In this document: positions 13,001 to 32,056 of the stretch, one piece after another
Position numbering within the stretch: position 1 is the stretch's first letter
Layout of the letters: each line of letters starts with the position of its first letter
Assembly: GCA_028826165.1 (NCBI GenBank)
Contig: JAPDFW010000139.1
Coordinates: forward strand, 1 to 64,000
DNA length: 64,000 nucleotides
Reading direction: 5' to 3'
DNA from: Anaeramoeba ignava BMAN
Lineage: Eukaryota > Protista > Anaeramoebae
The notes under the pieces: generated by a model
Databases searched by the model: none
Seen by the model: only the letters and a program-made list of their open reading frames with translations
Told to the model about the DNA's origin: nothing
Translations under genes and position numbers: made by a program

Positions 13001-14462
13001 GTGGTGTTCATACGCATGCAATGTCACTTCTTCCTTGGTGTAAATTCATAACAAATATGAAATATAAATATAAATATAAAATAAAATAAAATAAAAATGT
13101 GGAATATAAATATAAATCTAAATATAAATATAAATATAAATATGAAATATAAATATAAATATAAATATAAATATAAATATAAATATAAATATAAATATAA
13201 ATATAAATATAAATATAAATATAAATATAAATATAAATATAAATATAAATATAAATATAAATATAAATATAAATATGAAATAAACATAAATATAAATATA
13301 AAATAAATATAAATATAAATATAAATATAAATATAAATATAAATATAAATATAAATATAAATATAAATATGAAATATAAACAAAAATATGGAATAAAAAA
13401 TAAAATAAAACGGAATAAAAATGTGGAATAAAAATGTGGAATAAAAATGTGGAATAAAATGGAATAAAAATGTGGAATATAAATATAAATATAAATATAA
13501 ATATAAATATAAATATAAATATAAATATAAATATAAATATAAATATAAATATAAATATAAATATAAATATAAATATAAATATAAATATAATTATAAATAA
13601 ACAAATACAAATATAAATATAAATATAAATATAAAATATAAATATAAATATAAATATAAATATAAATATAAATATAAATATAAATATAAATATAAATATA
13701 AATATAAATATAAATATAAATATAAATATAAATATAAATATAAATATAAATATAAATATAAATATAAATATAAATATAAATATAAATATAAATATAAATA
13801 TAATTATAAATATAATTATAAATATAATTATAAATATAAATATAAATATAAATATAAATATAATTATAATTATAAATATAAATATAAATATAAATATAAA
13901 TATAAATATAAATATAAATATAAATATAAATATTTTCATAGTATATATCCTTCATTCTTTTGCTACTATGCTTTGGTTCTCTCTTCAACAATCTGCTGAT
14001 CCTTTTAAAATTGTTAACAAATTAAATCAAACAACAGATGTTGATGGAAATAATTTACCTTATGCTGCATTGGTTTTTAATTGTGGAGTTGCAATTGTAT
14101 TTTTACTTTCATCTCAACTTGGAACATTTTTGCGAACAATTTTTCATTCAAAATATGCAAACGAAAAAATTATTTTCCATAATTTAGTAAGAAAATTTGG
14201 TGAAGAAATTGATAAAATTGTTTATGATCCAGGTTTGGGAAAGTATACATATCCTATTTCTATTTCCCTTGATGAACTTCATTTTATTAAATCTCCCTTT
14301 GATGAAGAAATTGATAAAAAAAGTGGAGATGAAATTGAACTTACTTCTGATATTGAAGAGAAACCAAAAAATTCAGATAATATTAATGAAAATGAAAAGA
14401 ATAATGAAAATATTAATGAAAATGATAACAATGATGAAAAAGAAAAAGAAAAATCTAATTAA
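10037..14462 (+). CDS. CSC1/OSCA/TMEM63-family calcium-permeable stress-gated channel (7 exons)
   Basis: Exons 10037-10819, 11302-11446, 11534-11835, 11895-12279, 12360-12461, 12527-13039, 13942-14462 join in phase with GT-AG. Motifs [40 protein letters not shown] and multiple TM segments. Confidence 0.85.
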
Positions 14463-14699
14463 TTCAAAATTAAAAATTCAAAATTCAAAATTCAAAATCC
14501 ACTTTTTTATTTTACTTTTTTTTTCTTTTGTTTTTTTTCAATAAAAAAAATTTCAAAATTTGAATTTCAATTTCAATTAAAAAAAAAATATTTTTTGAAT
14601 GCATTTTGAAGAAGAAAAAATAAAAAATCAAAATTCAAAAATCAAAAATCAAATCAAATCAATTCTTTCATTCTTCTAAATTGAAAAAAAAAGAATAAT

Positions 14700-16617
<1,918 letters not shown>

Positions 16618-17194
16618 AAAAAAAAAATAAAATTTTTTTCTAATTAACAAATAAAGAATAATAAAAAAAAAAATGAAAAATTTTTTTGGAAAAGAAAAAA
16701 AAAATTTCAAATCAAAATTTAAATTTAAATCAAAATCAAAATCAAAATCAAAATTAAAATCAAAATTAAAAATCAAAATTAAAATCAAAATTAAATTAAA
16801 TTTAAAATTAAAATCAAAATCAAAATTAAAATCAAAATATCAATCAAAATCAAAATTAAAATCAAAATTAAAATCAAAATTTATAATTTAAATTAAAATT
16901 AAAATTAAAATCAAAATCAAAATTAAATTTAAAATCAAAATCAAAATCAAAATAAAATTAAAAATTAAATTTAAAAATTAAAATTAAAATTAAAAATTAA
17001 AATTAAAAAAAAGTGGAACAAAAAAAAAATATAAATAAAAGAATTTAAAAATGAATTTAATACTTTTTATTCCATTTTTCTTTTTTCTATTTTGATTATT
17101 ATTTAAAAAAAAAAGAATAAAAAAAAAGAAAATTTTTTATTTTTTTTGATTTTATTTTTTAGAGATTAATAATTTAATAAATAAAATAACTTCT

Positions 17195-17232
17195 ATCCGT
17201 TGAATTTTACTCGTTGATTTTATTCGTTGATT
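17195..17232 (-). promoter_or_regulatory. Triple Myb/MSA-like TCAACG(G/A) motif upstream of Cdc25 copy 1
   Basis: CCGTTGA 17197, TCGTTGA 17211, TCGTTGA 17224 in CpG-poor DNA; a further TAACGA at 17442. Function is inferred. Confidence 0.55.
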
Positions 17233-17504
17233 AATTATAAAATTATTTTAAATTTAAATTTATTCTTTTTTATTTTTTTTTTATGATAAAAATTTTAATT
17301 AAAAATTAAAATAAAAATTTTAAAAAAGAAAACATTTTTTTTTTGCTAAAATTAAATAAGTAATCTTATTCTATTAAATTTATTCTTAAAAATTAAATTG
17401 AAAATAACAAAATTTTAATTAATTTTAATGATTAAAAAAACTAACGAATTTTTTTATTTTATTTTTTTATTTAAATTTTTATTTAAATTTTTAATTAGAA
17501 AGAA

Positions 17505-20500
17505 ATGAGTTTCCAAATTAAAATTCCTCAAAAAATTAACAAAAATCAACAAAATAAAACATTATTTGGGAAAATAAATTTTAAAAAGAAAGAAAAAGAA
17601 GAAGAAGAAGAAGAAAAAAAGAAATTTTTAACAAGAAATCTTTTTGAAAAATTTGGAAATGAAGAAAATATAAAATCTAAAGAAAATATTGAACAACAAT
17701 TAACAAAAAAACCAAGAATAAGACAAAAAACACCAACATTTAAAAGAAGAACTTCATTAACAATTTCACTTTCTCAATGTGAAGAAATCAGTCCAAATCC
17801 AAATCCAAAAGAACCATTAACAGCTGATGTTAATAAATCTTCACCTTTATTTAAATTTGAATCAACTCCAAAAACTCTCAAAGCTCCAAAACTATTTAGA
17901 GCAACTCAATTATCAAGATCAAAAAGTATTTCTCAAGATATTTTTTCTCATCCAAAAACTCCAAATACACCTGATCAATCAAGCAATATTTCATCTTTAA
18001 TTTATGAATCACCAAATATTTCAACAAAATTAAGTAAATTAGCAATTAATTCAAATCAAAAAACTCCTAAAATCAATAGAGAAGAAAGTATTGATGAAGA
18101 TATTGATGAAGAAGTTGATAAAATTAATCAAACAAATTATGAATTTGATCCAATTTCAAATTTCAATAAAAATTTCAATAAAAATTTTAATTCAAATTTC
18201 AATAAACCAATTACAACAAAATTATCAATTAAAACTGATATCAAAGAAAATTTGAAAGAAGAAATTATCAAAAATGGAAATGAATCAGATGAATGTCCTA
18301 AAACACCAGATGGAAGTAAAACCAAAACAGATTTATTTTATTCTAAAATGATAAGATCACCTTCAGCAGGATTTTTAGATGCAACAACACCTTCAAAACT
18401 ACTTAATTATGGAATTAGAAATGAAAGGAAATGTATAACACCTGAAATAACAGAAAGTCCAAATCAAAAAACTTGTTGTTTTATGTTTAAATCCAATAGT
18501 CTCGATGAAAATCAAATTGAAAATCAAAATCAAAATCAAAATCAAAATCAAAATCAAAATGAAAATGAAAATCAAAATCAAAATGAATATAAAAGAAAAC
18601 CAACAGGATTTCTTCAAAAACAAAAAAGTATGGGAATGAATTTAAATTATGAAATCAATTCACCAAAACTTTTTCTTCCAATAACAAGAGGCGAACCTTA
18701 TGATTTAAGTACAATTTCAGGTTCTACTGTAAATATAAATCAAATTCAAAATCAAAATCAAAAATCAAAATCAAAATCAAAAATCAAAATCAAAATCAAA
18801 ATCAAAATTAAAATATAAAACAAAATTAAAATTAAAATCAAATTCAAAATCAAAATCAAAATCAAAATCAAAATCAAAATCAAAATTAAAATCAAAATCA
18901 AAATCAAAATCAAATTAAAATTAAAATCAAAATTAAAATCAAAATAAAAATCAAATTCAAAATCAAAATTAAAATCAAAATCAAAATCAAAATCAAAATA
19001 AAAATCAAAATCAAAATCAAAATCAAAAACAAAATCAAAATCAAAATCAAAATCAAAATCAAAATCAAAATCAAAATCAAAATCAAAATCAAAATCAAAA
19101 TCAAAATCAAAATCAAAATCAAAATCAAAATCAAAATCAAAATCAAAATCAAAAATCAAAATCAAAATCAAAATCAAAATCAAAATCAAAATCAAAATCA
19201 AAATCAAAATCAAAATCAAAATCAAAATCAAAATCAAAATCAAAATAAAAATCAAAATCAAAATCAAAATCAAAATCAAAATCAAAATCAAAATCAAAAT
19301 CAAAATCAAAATCAAAATTAAAAATCAAAATCAAAATCAAAATCAAAATCAAAATCAAAATCAAAATCAAAATCAAAATCAAAATCAAAATCAAAATCAA
19401 AATATAAATCAAAATCAAAATCAAAATCAAAATATAAATCAAAATCAAAATTAAAATAAAAATCAAAATAAAAATTAAAATCAAAATCAAAATCAAAATT
19501 AAAATTAAAATCAAAATCAAAATCAAAATCAAAATTAAAAATAGGTATGTAAATTGGTTAATGGAGATTATAAAGATACTTTTGATTATACATTTATTAT
19601 TGATTGTAGATTTCCTTATGAATATGAAGGAGGACATATAGCAGGAGCACATAATTGGAATATTCCAGATTTAGTTTTAAAAAAATTATTTTGTAAACAA
19701 ATTTATCGAAAAGCTTGTGTTATTTTTTATTGTGAATTTTCACAAAAAAGAGGACCAGAAATGGCAAGATTATTTCGAAGAATTGATAGATCAATAAATC
19801 AATATCCAGATTTATTTTATGCAGATACTTATGTATTAGAAGGAGGATACAGAAGATTTTTTCATAATGAAGAAAATAAAGGATTTTGTATTCCAAGAGA
19901 TTATCGAGAAATGAAAGATAAAAAATTCAAAGAACAACTTTCTAAAGATAATAAATTTAGAAGAGAAGCAATCAAAAAATTAAAAAAGAAAAGAACAATT
20001 TCACTTCAAGAATTAAAAAGTTGGTATGGAGAATTAATGGGAGAAAAAAAACCACAAAGTCAAGCAAGATTAAAAAGAGGAAATTCAATTTCAATTAGTT
20101 CAAATGCTATTCGTAAATTTGGATTTAGTTTTTCACAACCAATTTTTAATCAAGAAAAAAAAGAAAATGAATTTGAAATGTTAAGAAAAGTATCAACAGA
20201 TTTTGGACAAGAATTTCTTTATTCAAATCAAAATCAAAAAGAAAATCAAAATCAAAAAGAAAAAGAAAATCAAAGTCAAAATCAAAATCAAAATCAAAAT
20301 CAAAATCAAAATATAAATCAAAATCAAAATCAAAATCAAAATCAAAATGAAAATGAAAATGAAAATCAAAATGAAAATCAAAATGAAAATCAAAATCAAA
20401 ATCAAAATCAAAATGAAAAAGAAAAATCAAAATCCAAAATCAAAATGAAAATGAAAATCAAAATGAAAATCAAAATCAAAATCAAAATGAAAATGAAAAT

Positions 20501-20787
20501 GAAAATGAAAATGAAAATGAAAATCAAAATCAAAATTAAAATCAAATCAAATTCAAATCAAATTGAAAATGAAAAAGAAAATCAAAATGAAAATTAAAAT
20601 CAAAATGAAAATTAAAATCAACTTCAAAATCAAATTCAAAATCAAAATGAAAATCAAAATGAAAATCAAAATCAAAATCAAAATCAAATTCAAAATGAAA
20701 ATCAAAATCAAAATCAAAATGAAAATCAAAATCAAAATTGAAATTCAAAATCAAATTCAAATTCAAAATGAAATTGAATTTTGTTGA
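17505..20787 (+). CDS. CDC25: M-phase inducer phosphatase Cdc25, copy 1
   Basis: Exon 17505-18728 (S/TP-rich regulatory region), intron 18729-19544, exon from 19545 with IIDCRFPYEYEGGHI, FYCEFSQKRGP, YPDLF..YVLEGGY. The NQ-repeat tail has frameshifts, so the stop is 20597 or 20787. Confidence 0.93.
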
Positions 20788-21053
20788 TAAAAATCTTATT
20801 TTCTTTTTATTATTATTCTTATTTTTATTAAAAAAAAAAAAAGAAAAAAATTGTTTTTGGATTTTGGGAACTTCATTGTTTTTTTTTTGGAATGAAATTA
20901 AATTGAATTAAATTGAATTCAATTAAAAAAAAAAAAGAAGGAAATCAAAAGAAAAAAAAAGTTTTTCTCTTACTTTTTGGAAAAGAAAAAAAAATGAAAA
21001 ATGAAAAATGGAATGAAAAATGAAAAAATTTTTTCGTTTCTTTTTGGAAATAT

Positions 21054-24051
<2,998 letters not shown>

Positions 24052-24249
24052 TTATATTTATTTATGTTTTTAATTTATTTTTTAAATTATGATTAATTTT
24101 TTTTTAATTAAATTTCAACAAGCAAAAAAAAATTTTTTATTTTAATTTTAATTTAATTTAATTTTAATTTACTTTTTTAAAAGAAAAAAAATGAAAAAAA
24201 AAAAAAATAAAAAAAAATTTTAATTTTTCTCCTTTTTTTTTTCTCCTTT

Positions 24250-24660
24250 TTTTAATTTATTTTTATTCCACTTTTTAATTTATTTTTATTCCTTTTTTTT
24301 ATATTTTTTAATTTATTTATTTTTAAAAATTAAATTTTAATTTATTTTTATTCCCACTTTTTAATTTATTTTTATTCCACTTTTTCAATTTATTTTTATT
24401 CCATTTTTTATATTTTTTAATTTATTTATTTTTAAAAATTAAATTATTAATTATTTTTATTCCACTTTTTTAATTTATTTTTATTCCTTTTTTTATATCT
24501 TTTAATTTATTTATTTTTAAAAATTAAATTATAATTTATTTTTATTCCACTTTTTTATTTATTTTTATTCCACTTTTTCAATTTATTTTTCTAACTTTTT
24601 CTAACTTTTTAAAACTTTATAAAACTTTTTAAAACTTTTTAAAACTTTATAAAACTTTAT
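24250..24660. repeat. Degenerate short tandem repeats (AATTTATTTTTATTCCACTTTT and AAAACTTT(A/T)T)
   Basis: Repeated TTATTCCACTTTT units, then 10-mer AAAACTTTAT units. Confidence 0.75.
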
Positions 24661-27430
24661 AAAACTTTTTCTGTTCCTTTTTTTGCTCCTTGTAATTTTG
24701 CTATTCTTGAACCAAATTGAATAGCTCTTTTCATTAAACTTGATGCATTTTTAAGTCCAATTTTTTTAGCAGCAATTCTTAAAATTTTTTTATCACCTTC
24801 TCCTCTTGGTAATTTTCTAAAATCAACAATTTTCCATAAAGGAATTGAATTTAAAAATTTTATAAAATTCTCATCAAGAAAAGGAAGTCTTGATTCTTTT
24901 CCTGAATCTGATATAATTCTATCATCTCTACTAAGATTACGAATCCAAATTCTTTGAATATCTTTTTCTAATTCTTTTTGAATTTCTAACCAACTTCCTC
25001 TTCTATAAGCTTGAAAATGACTAAAATCAAAAATTAAATCAAAAATAAATCAAAATTAAATCAAAATTAAATCAATATTAAAATCAAAATTAAATCAAAA
25101 TTAAATCAATATTAAATCAAAATTAAATCAAAATTAAATTAAAATTAAATTAAAATTAAAATTAAATCAAAATTAAATCAAAATTAAATTAAAATTAAAT
25201 CAAAATTAAATTAAAAATTAAATCAAAATTAAATCAAAATTAAATCAAAATTAAATCAAAATTAAATCAAAATTAAATCAAAATTAAATCAAAATTAAAT
25301 CAAAATTAAATTAAAATTAAAATTAAATTAAAATTAAATTAAAAATTAAATCAAAAATTAAAATTAAATCAAAATTAAATTAAAATTAAATCAATAATAT
25401 TAAATCAAAATTAAATTAAAATTAAATCAAAATTAAATCAAAATTAAATCAAAATTAAATCAAAATTAAATCAAAATTAAATCAATATTAAATTAAAATT
25501 AAATCAAAATTAAATCAAAATTAAATCAAAATTAAATCAATATTAAATCAAAATTAAATCAAAATTAAATCAAAATTAAATCAAAATTAAATCAAAATTA
25601 AATTAAAATTAAATTAAAATTAAATTAAATTAAATCAATTAATAAAATCAAATCAAAATTAAAATATTACCGACTATATCCTCCTAATAATTCATCTGCT
25701 CCAATTCCAACAAGAACTACTTTGGGAATTTTTGGGAATTCAAGTGATCCAAACCGATCAAAATTAGAAGCAAACCAAATTGCAGCACCAATACTAAAAT
25801 CCATTTGAGAATCAAGAGGAGAAATCAAACTAAGAATATGAGATTTATATTTGTTAAGAAGACTATGAGGAATATCAATAGAAACAAACTGCCAATTTGT
25901 TTGAGGTGAAAAACTCCTAAGCTCCTTAACTCCTAACAACGCAGTTTTGCGATCTGGAACTGAATTATAAGGCTTTGGTGCATTATCTTCACCAAAAGCA
26001 ACATTAACTAAATAAATAGGCTCTTCTTTTTCAATAAAATAACTTGCAAAAGCAGCAACAAACATCGAATCAATTCCTCCTGAAAACAAAACTGCAATAG
26101 GCTCTTTGAGATTGGATACTCTTTTTTTAATTGATTCCTTGAAATATTCAATGAATTTATCTATTAATTCATTTTCTGATTTTTCTTGTTCTTCTGATAA
26201 TTCATTTGGATCTTCTTTTGGAATGATTTCGCTTCTTTTCCCAAAATATTCATCAAATCCTTGACTATATTCATGTTGATAAAAATCTGCAAAATATTCA
26301 TCTTTTTCTTGTGATATTTGAATATAATAGATGAAATTTGGCTCAATTTCAATCCATGATTTGCTTCCATCTGAAATTGAGGAAATTATAGCTGAGTTTT
26401 CTTCAATTTTTAACAATAGACTTCTTCTTCCAATCCTATCTCTTCCAAACCATATTTTATTTTGTGATTTTTCATAAAAAATAAATGAAAAAGGTCCATG
26501 AAAATATGCTATTTTTTCTATAAGAATTTCTGGTTTTAATGGATTTTTTTCGATATCTTTAGTTATTGCTTGAAAAAAAATCATTGAATCATTTTCTTCT
26601 AAATTAATATTCTCTCCTGTTTCCGTTCCAAAGATTTCTCCATTGAAAATTAAAATATTTCCTTGTTCATCAATGAGTGGTTGTGGAACTTTTTTGCGAA
26701 TAAAAAGTGTGCTTGCTAGGAAAGTAAGTGTTGATTTTTGGTTGAAATTTATTTGGTGGGATTTGAATGAATCAGGACCTCTTGATTGAAGGAATTTTTT
26801 GATATTTTGATTTTCATTTTGAATTATATTTTGATTTTGATTTTGATTTTGATTTTGATTTTGATTTCCATTTATATTTTGATTTTGATTTTCATTTTGA
26901 ATTTCATTTTCATTTTGAATTTCATTTTCATTTTGGTTTTCATTTTGATTTTCATTTTGATTTTCATTTTGGTTTTCATTTTGGTTTTCATTTTGATTTT
27001 GGTTTTGATTTATATTTTGATTTTGATTTTGATTTTGATTTATATTTTGATTTTCATTTTGAATATTTTGAATATTTTGATTTATATTTTGATTTATATT
27101 TTGATTTTGATTTTGGTTTTGATTTATATTTTCATTTTGATTTTCATTTTGGTTTTGATTTTGGTTTTGATTTTGGTTTTGATTTTGATTTTGATTTTGA
27201 TTTTGATTTTGATTTTGATTTTCATTTTGATTTTGATTTTGATTTTGATTTTGATTTTGATTTTGATTTTGGTTTTGATTTTGATTTTCATTTTGATTTA
27301 TATTTTGATTTATATTTTGATTTTGATTTTGGTTTATATTTTGATTTTGATTTTGGTTTATATTTTGATTCCTTGTGCGAATTCTAGAACGAATCCTAAT
27401 AGAACGAAGAATAGCTGAAATTCCACACAT
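24657..27430 (-). CDS. ASNSD1: Asparagine synthetase domain-containing protein 1
   Basis: MCGI start, RGPD, FNGEIF, GRDRIGRRSLL, VLFSGGIDS, VPDRKT, GIGADELLGGYSRH. Intron 25670-25021. Last exon RNLSRDDR..PFLDE..GDKKILR..KRAIQFGSR. Confidence 0.93.
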
Positions 27431-27478
27431 AAAAATAATAAAATGAAAAATGAAAAATGAAAAAAAATTTTTTTTAAT

Positions 27479-30400
27479 TTATTTAAATTCTTTCGTTAAA
27501 CAAAATTTTGGTAAAAGACCAACTTCTCTTTTATAACTTAATTCTTGTTCAAATGTTAATCCATCTCTTCCCCAATACATTGAAGAAGTTCTTCTTTTCA
27601 AATTTGGATTTTCTGAATCTTTAAAAATTTGATCCAAATTACAAGTTGAAATTGGAGGAAAAATTTGATCAGGATCAATTCCTGATTGATTTTTTAATAA
27701 ATTTAATAAATTATTTGGATGAATCCAACTTTGATTATTACAAAAAACTTCATTTTCATCTTCATCACTTAAAAAACAATTAGGAAAACTGTTTTCTAAT
27801 TGACAATAATATTGATTTTCAATTTGATTTTGATTTTGATTTTGATTTATATTTTGATTTTGATTTTGATTTATATTTTGATTTTGATTTTGAATTTGAT
27901 TTTGATTTTGATTCTTTTTTGAATTGTTTTTTGATTTGTTTTTTGATTTGTTTTTTGATTTGTTTTTTGAATTGTTTTTTGAATTGTTTTTTGGATTTGA
28001 TTTTGAATTGTTTTTTGATTTTGATTTTGGTTTTGATTTTGATTTTGATTTTGAATTGTTTTTTGATTTTGATTTTGAATTTTTTTGTTTTGAGGTTTTT
28101 TGATTTTTGGATTGAATTTCTTTGATTTCTTTATAAATATCATTTTCTTCATCTTTAATATCAATAATTTTTATTAATTTTGGTGGTGGATCTGTTGTTG
28201 ATTTATCTGATTGTGGTGACAATACTGAATCTGTTCCCATTAAGGATTGGGAACGCAATATGTTATTATTATTATTATTATTGTTAATATTATTGCTACT
28301 ATTATTATTATTATTGTTATTATTGTTAATATTAGTACTATTTTGTTTGCTAAAATGTTTCATCAAAATGAAATTCATTTTTCCTAAATATTTGTTAATT
28401 GTTGGGGAATAATTTCTTTTTTGTTGGTTTTGTATATTTTGGATCAGTTCTTGTTGTCGTTTGGTAATATCTTGTGGTTTTGTTTCGTTGTTTTCATCTT
28501 TATCAATTTGATTTTCATTTTGACTTTCATTTTCATCTTTATCAATTTGATTTTCAATTTGAATTTGAATTTGATTTGATTTTGATTTTGATTTTGATTT
28601 TCATTTTCATTTTGATTTTCATTTTCATTTTCATTTTCAATTTGAATTTGATTTTCAATTTGATTTTGATTTTGATTTTCATTTTGATTTTCAATTTGAT
28701 TTTCATTTTCAATTTGAATTTGAATTTGATTTTGATTTTTGATTTTGATTTTCATTTTGATTTTCATTTTGATTTTCATTTTGATTTTGATTTTGATTTT
28801 CAATTTGATTTTGATTTTTTCAATTTTGATTTTCATTTTGATTTTGATTTTGATTTTCATTTTGATTTTGAATTTGATTTTGATTTTCATTTTGATTTTG
28901 AATTTGATTTTCATTTTCATTTTGATTTTGATTTTGATTTTCATTTTCATTTTGATTTTGATTTTGATTTTGATTTTGATTTTGATTTTGATTTTGATTT
29001 TGATTTTGATTTTGATTTTGATTTTTATTTTCATTTTGAATTTCAATTTGAATTTGATTTTCATTTTGATTTTCATTTTGAATTAGATTTTGAATTTCAT
29101 TTTGATTTTCAATTTGATTTTCATTTTGATTTTCATTTTCATTTTGATTTTGAATTAGATTTTGATTTTGATTTTGATTTTCATTTTGATTTTCATTTTG
29201 ATTTTCATTTTGATTTTGATTTTGATTTTCATTTTGATTTTCAATTTGATTTTGATTTTCATTTTCAATTTGATTTTGATTTTGATTTTGATTTTCATTT
29301 TCATTTCTGATTTTCAATTTTGATTTTCATTTTGATTTTGATTTTGATTTTCAATTTGATTTTCATTTTGATTTTCATTTTGATTTTGATTTTGATTTTG
29401 ATTTTGATTTTGATTTTGATTTTGATTTTCAATTTGATTTTGATTTTGATTTTCATTTTGATTTTGATTTTCATTTTGATTTTCATTTTGATTTTCAATT
29501 TGATTTTCATTTTCAATTTGATTTTCATTTTCATTTTCATTTTCATTTTGATTTTCATTTTGATTTTCATTTTGATTTTCATTTTGATTTTCATTTTGAT
29601 TTTGATTTTGATTTTCATTTTGATTTTGATTTTCAATTTGATTTTCATTTTCATTTTCAATTTGATTTTCATTTTGATTTTGATTTTGGATTTGATTTTC
29701 ATTTTCATTTTCATTTTGAATTTGATTTTGATTTTCATTTTCAATTTGATTTTCATTTTGATTTTGATTTTGATTTTGATTTTGGATTTGATTTTCATTT
29801 TCATTTTGATTTTGATTTTGATTTTGATTTTGATTTTCAATTTGATTTTGATTTTGATTTTGAATTTCATTATTGGTTTGTTTTGAATTTAAGGATGATT
29901 TTTGGGATTTTAATAATAGTGTTTTTCTTTTTTGAATTTTTATGATTCTAGTTTTTTTCTTTTTGGTTTGTTGGTAATTTATTTTTGGTTTTGAAATTAT
30001 ATTTAAATGATCAGGATGGAAAGATAACTTTGTAAATTGTGTTGTTTTTCTTCTATCTATATTGGGGTTTTTGCTTGTTTTTTGGTTAAAATTGATAATT
30101 TTTTGAGAATTAGTTGATTTAGATTGAATATTTTGATTCTTAGGATTTCTTTTGAGAATAATTTTTCGAATTTTAGTTTTTCTAATTTTTGGATTTTGGT
30201 TTTCTTTCAAGTTGTTATTATCTTTATTTTGATTATTTTCTTGATTTAATTTATTATCTTCTTGATTTTGATTATCTTCTTGATTTATTATTTTCTTGAT
30301 TTAATTTATTATTTTGATTATTATCTTGATTTAATCGATTTTCTTGATTTTGATTATTTTCTTGATTTAATTTATTATTTTCTTGGTTTAGATTATTATT

Positions 30401-31820
30401 TTCTTGATTTAATTGATTATTTTCTTGATTTTGATTATTTTCTTGATTTAATTTATTATTTTGATTCTTCTTGATTTTGATTTTATTATTTTTTCTTTGA
30501 TTTAATTTATTATTTTCTTGATTTAATTTATTATTTTGATTATTTTAATTTATTATTTTCTTGATTTAATTTATTATTTTCTTGATTTTAATTTTTATTA
30601 TTTTCTTGATTTTAATTTATTATTTTCTTGATTTAATTTATTATTTTCTTGATTTAATTTATATTATTTTCTTGATTTAATTTATTATTTTTTTTCTTGA
30701 TTTTATTTTCTTATTTTTGATTTTTATTATCTTGATTTTATTATTATTTTCTTGATTTGATTTATTATTATCTTGATTTAATTTATTATTTTCTTGATTT
30801 TATTATTATTTTGATTATTATTTTGATTATTATTTTGATTATTATTTTTATTATCTTGATTTAATTTATTATTTTCTTGATTTTGATCTTGATTTTGATT
30901 ATTATTTTCTTGATTTAATTTATTATTATCTTGATTTAATCGATTTTCTTGATTTAATTTATTTTCTTGATTTTGGTTGTTTTCTTGGTTTAGATTTTCT
31001 TGACTTAATTTTCTGTTTTGAACCTTTTTTCTCCAATCATCAAAAAATTGATTCTGCTTTTTTTTAATAGAATTCTTAACATACTTTAAACGAGAAACAT
31101 TTTGTGATTTTCTTTGATCATTGATGCGGTTATAGGAACGTGGTTTTGTAGATTTTTTGATAGTTTTTAAAACATCATCTTCAAATTGTATATTTTGAAA
31201 AATATTTACATTTTCTTGAAATTTAACTGAATTTCTTTTGTTTTTATTTTTTGGATTTTGATTTTGAATTTGATTTTGATTTTGATTTTGATTTTGATTT
31301 TGAATTTTATTTTGATTTATATTTTGATTTTGATTTTGGTTTTGAATTTGATTTTGATTTTGATTTTGATTTATATTTTGATTTTGATTTTGATTTTGAT
31401 TTATAATTTGATTTTGATTTTGATTTTGATTTTGATTTTGATTTTGATTTTGATTTTGAATTTGATTTTGATTTTGATTTTGATTTTGATTTTGAATTTT
31501 ATTTTGGTTTTGATTTTGATTTTGATTTTGATTTTGATTTATATTTTGATTTTGATTTTGATTTTGATTTATAATTTGATTTTGATTTTGATTTTGATTT
31601 TGATTTTGATTTTGATTTTGATTTTGAATTTGAATTTGATTTTGATTTTGATTTTGATTTTGATTTTGATTTTGATTTTGATTTTGATTTATAATTTGAT
31701 TTTGATTTGAAAAAGAAAGAAAAAAAGAATTTGAAATTTTTCAAATTCTTGATTTAAATAATTAAATTGTTGGTGAGAAAAAGAATTTAAATTTTGAATA
31801 AGATTATCAAAAGAAATCAT
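27479..31820 (-). CDS. INCENP: INCENP-like protein (C-terminal IN-box), long N/Q/E low-complexity middle with frameshifts
   Basis: C-terminus SDEDE..SW..LLNLLKNQSGIDPDQIFPPISTCNLDQIF..KRRTSSMYWGRDGLTFEQELSY matches the Aurora-B-binding IN-box pattern. Probable ATG at 31820; the internal structure is uncertain. Confidence 0.75.
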
Positions 31821-31898
31821 ATTTAAAAAAAAAAGAAAAAGAAAAAGAAAAATAAATGTTTTTTTTTTATTATTAAAAATTAAAAAATAAAAAAGAAA

Positions 31899-32000
31899 AA
31901 TAACGAACAAAAAATAACGAACAAATTTAAAAAAAAAAAAAGAAAAAGAAAAAGAAAAAGAAGAAAAAAAATTTTTTTCTTTTTTAAAAAATTAACGAAT
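31899..32000 (+). promoter_or_regulatory. Bidirectional INCENP/LIN9 promoter with three TAACGA motifs
   Basis: TAACGA at 31901, 31915 and 31993 in a 236-bp head-to-head gap. Confidence 0.5.
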
Positions 32001-32056
32001 TAAAAAATAAATAAAAAATAAATTTTTTCATTTTTTTCATTTTTTTCATTTTAAAA

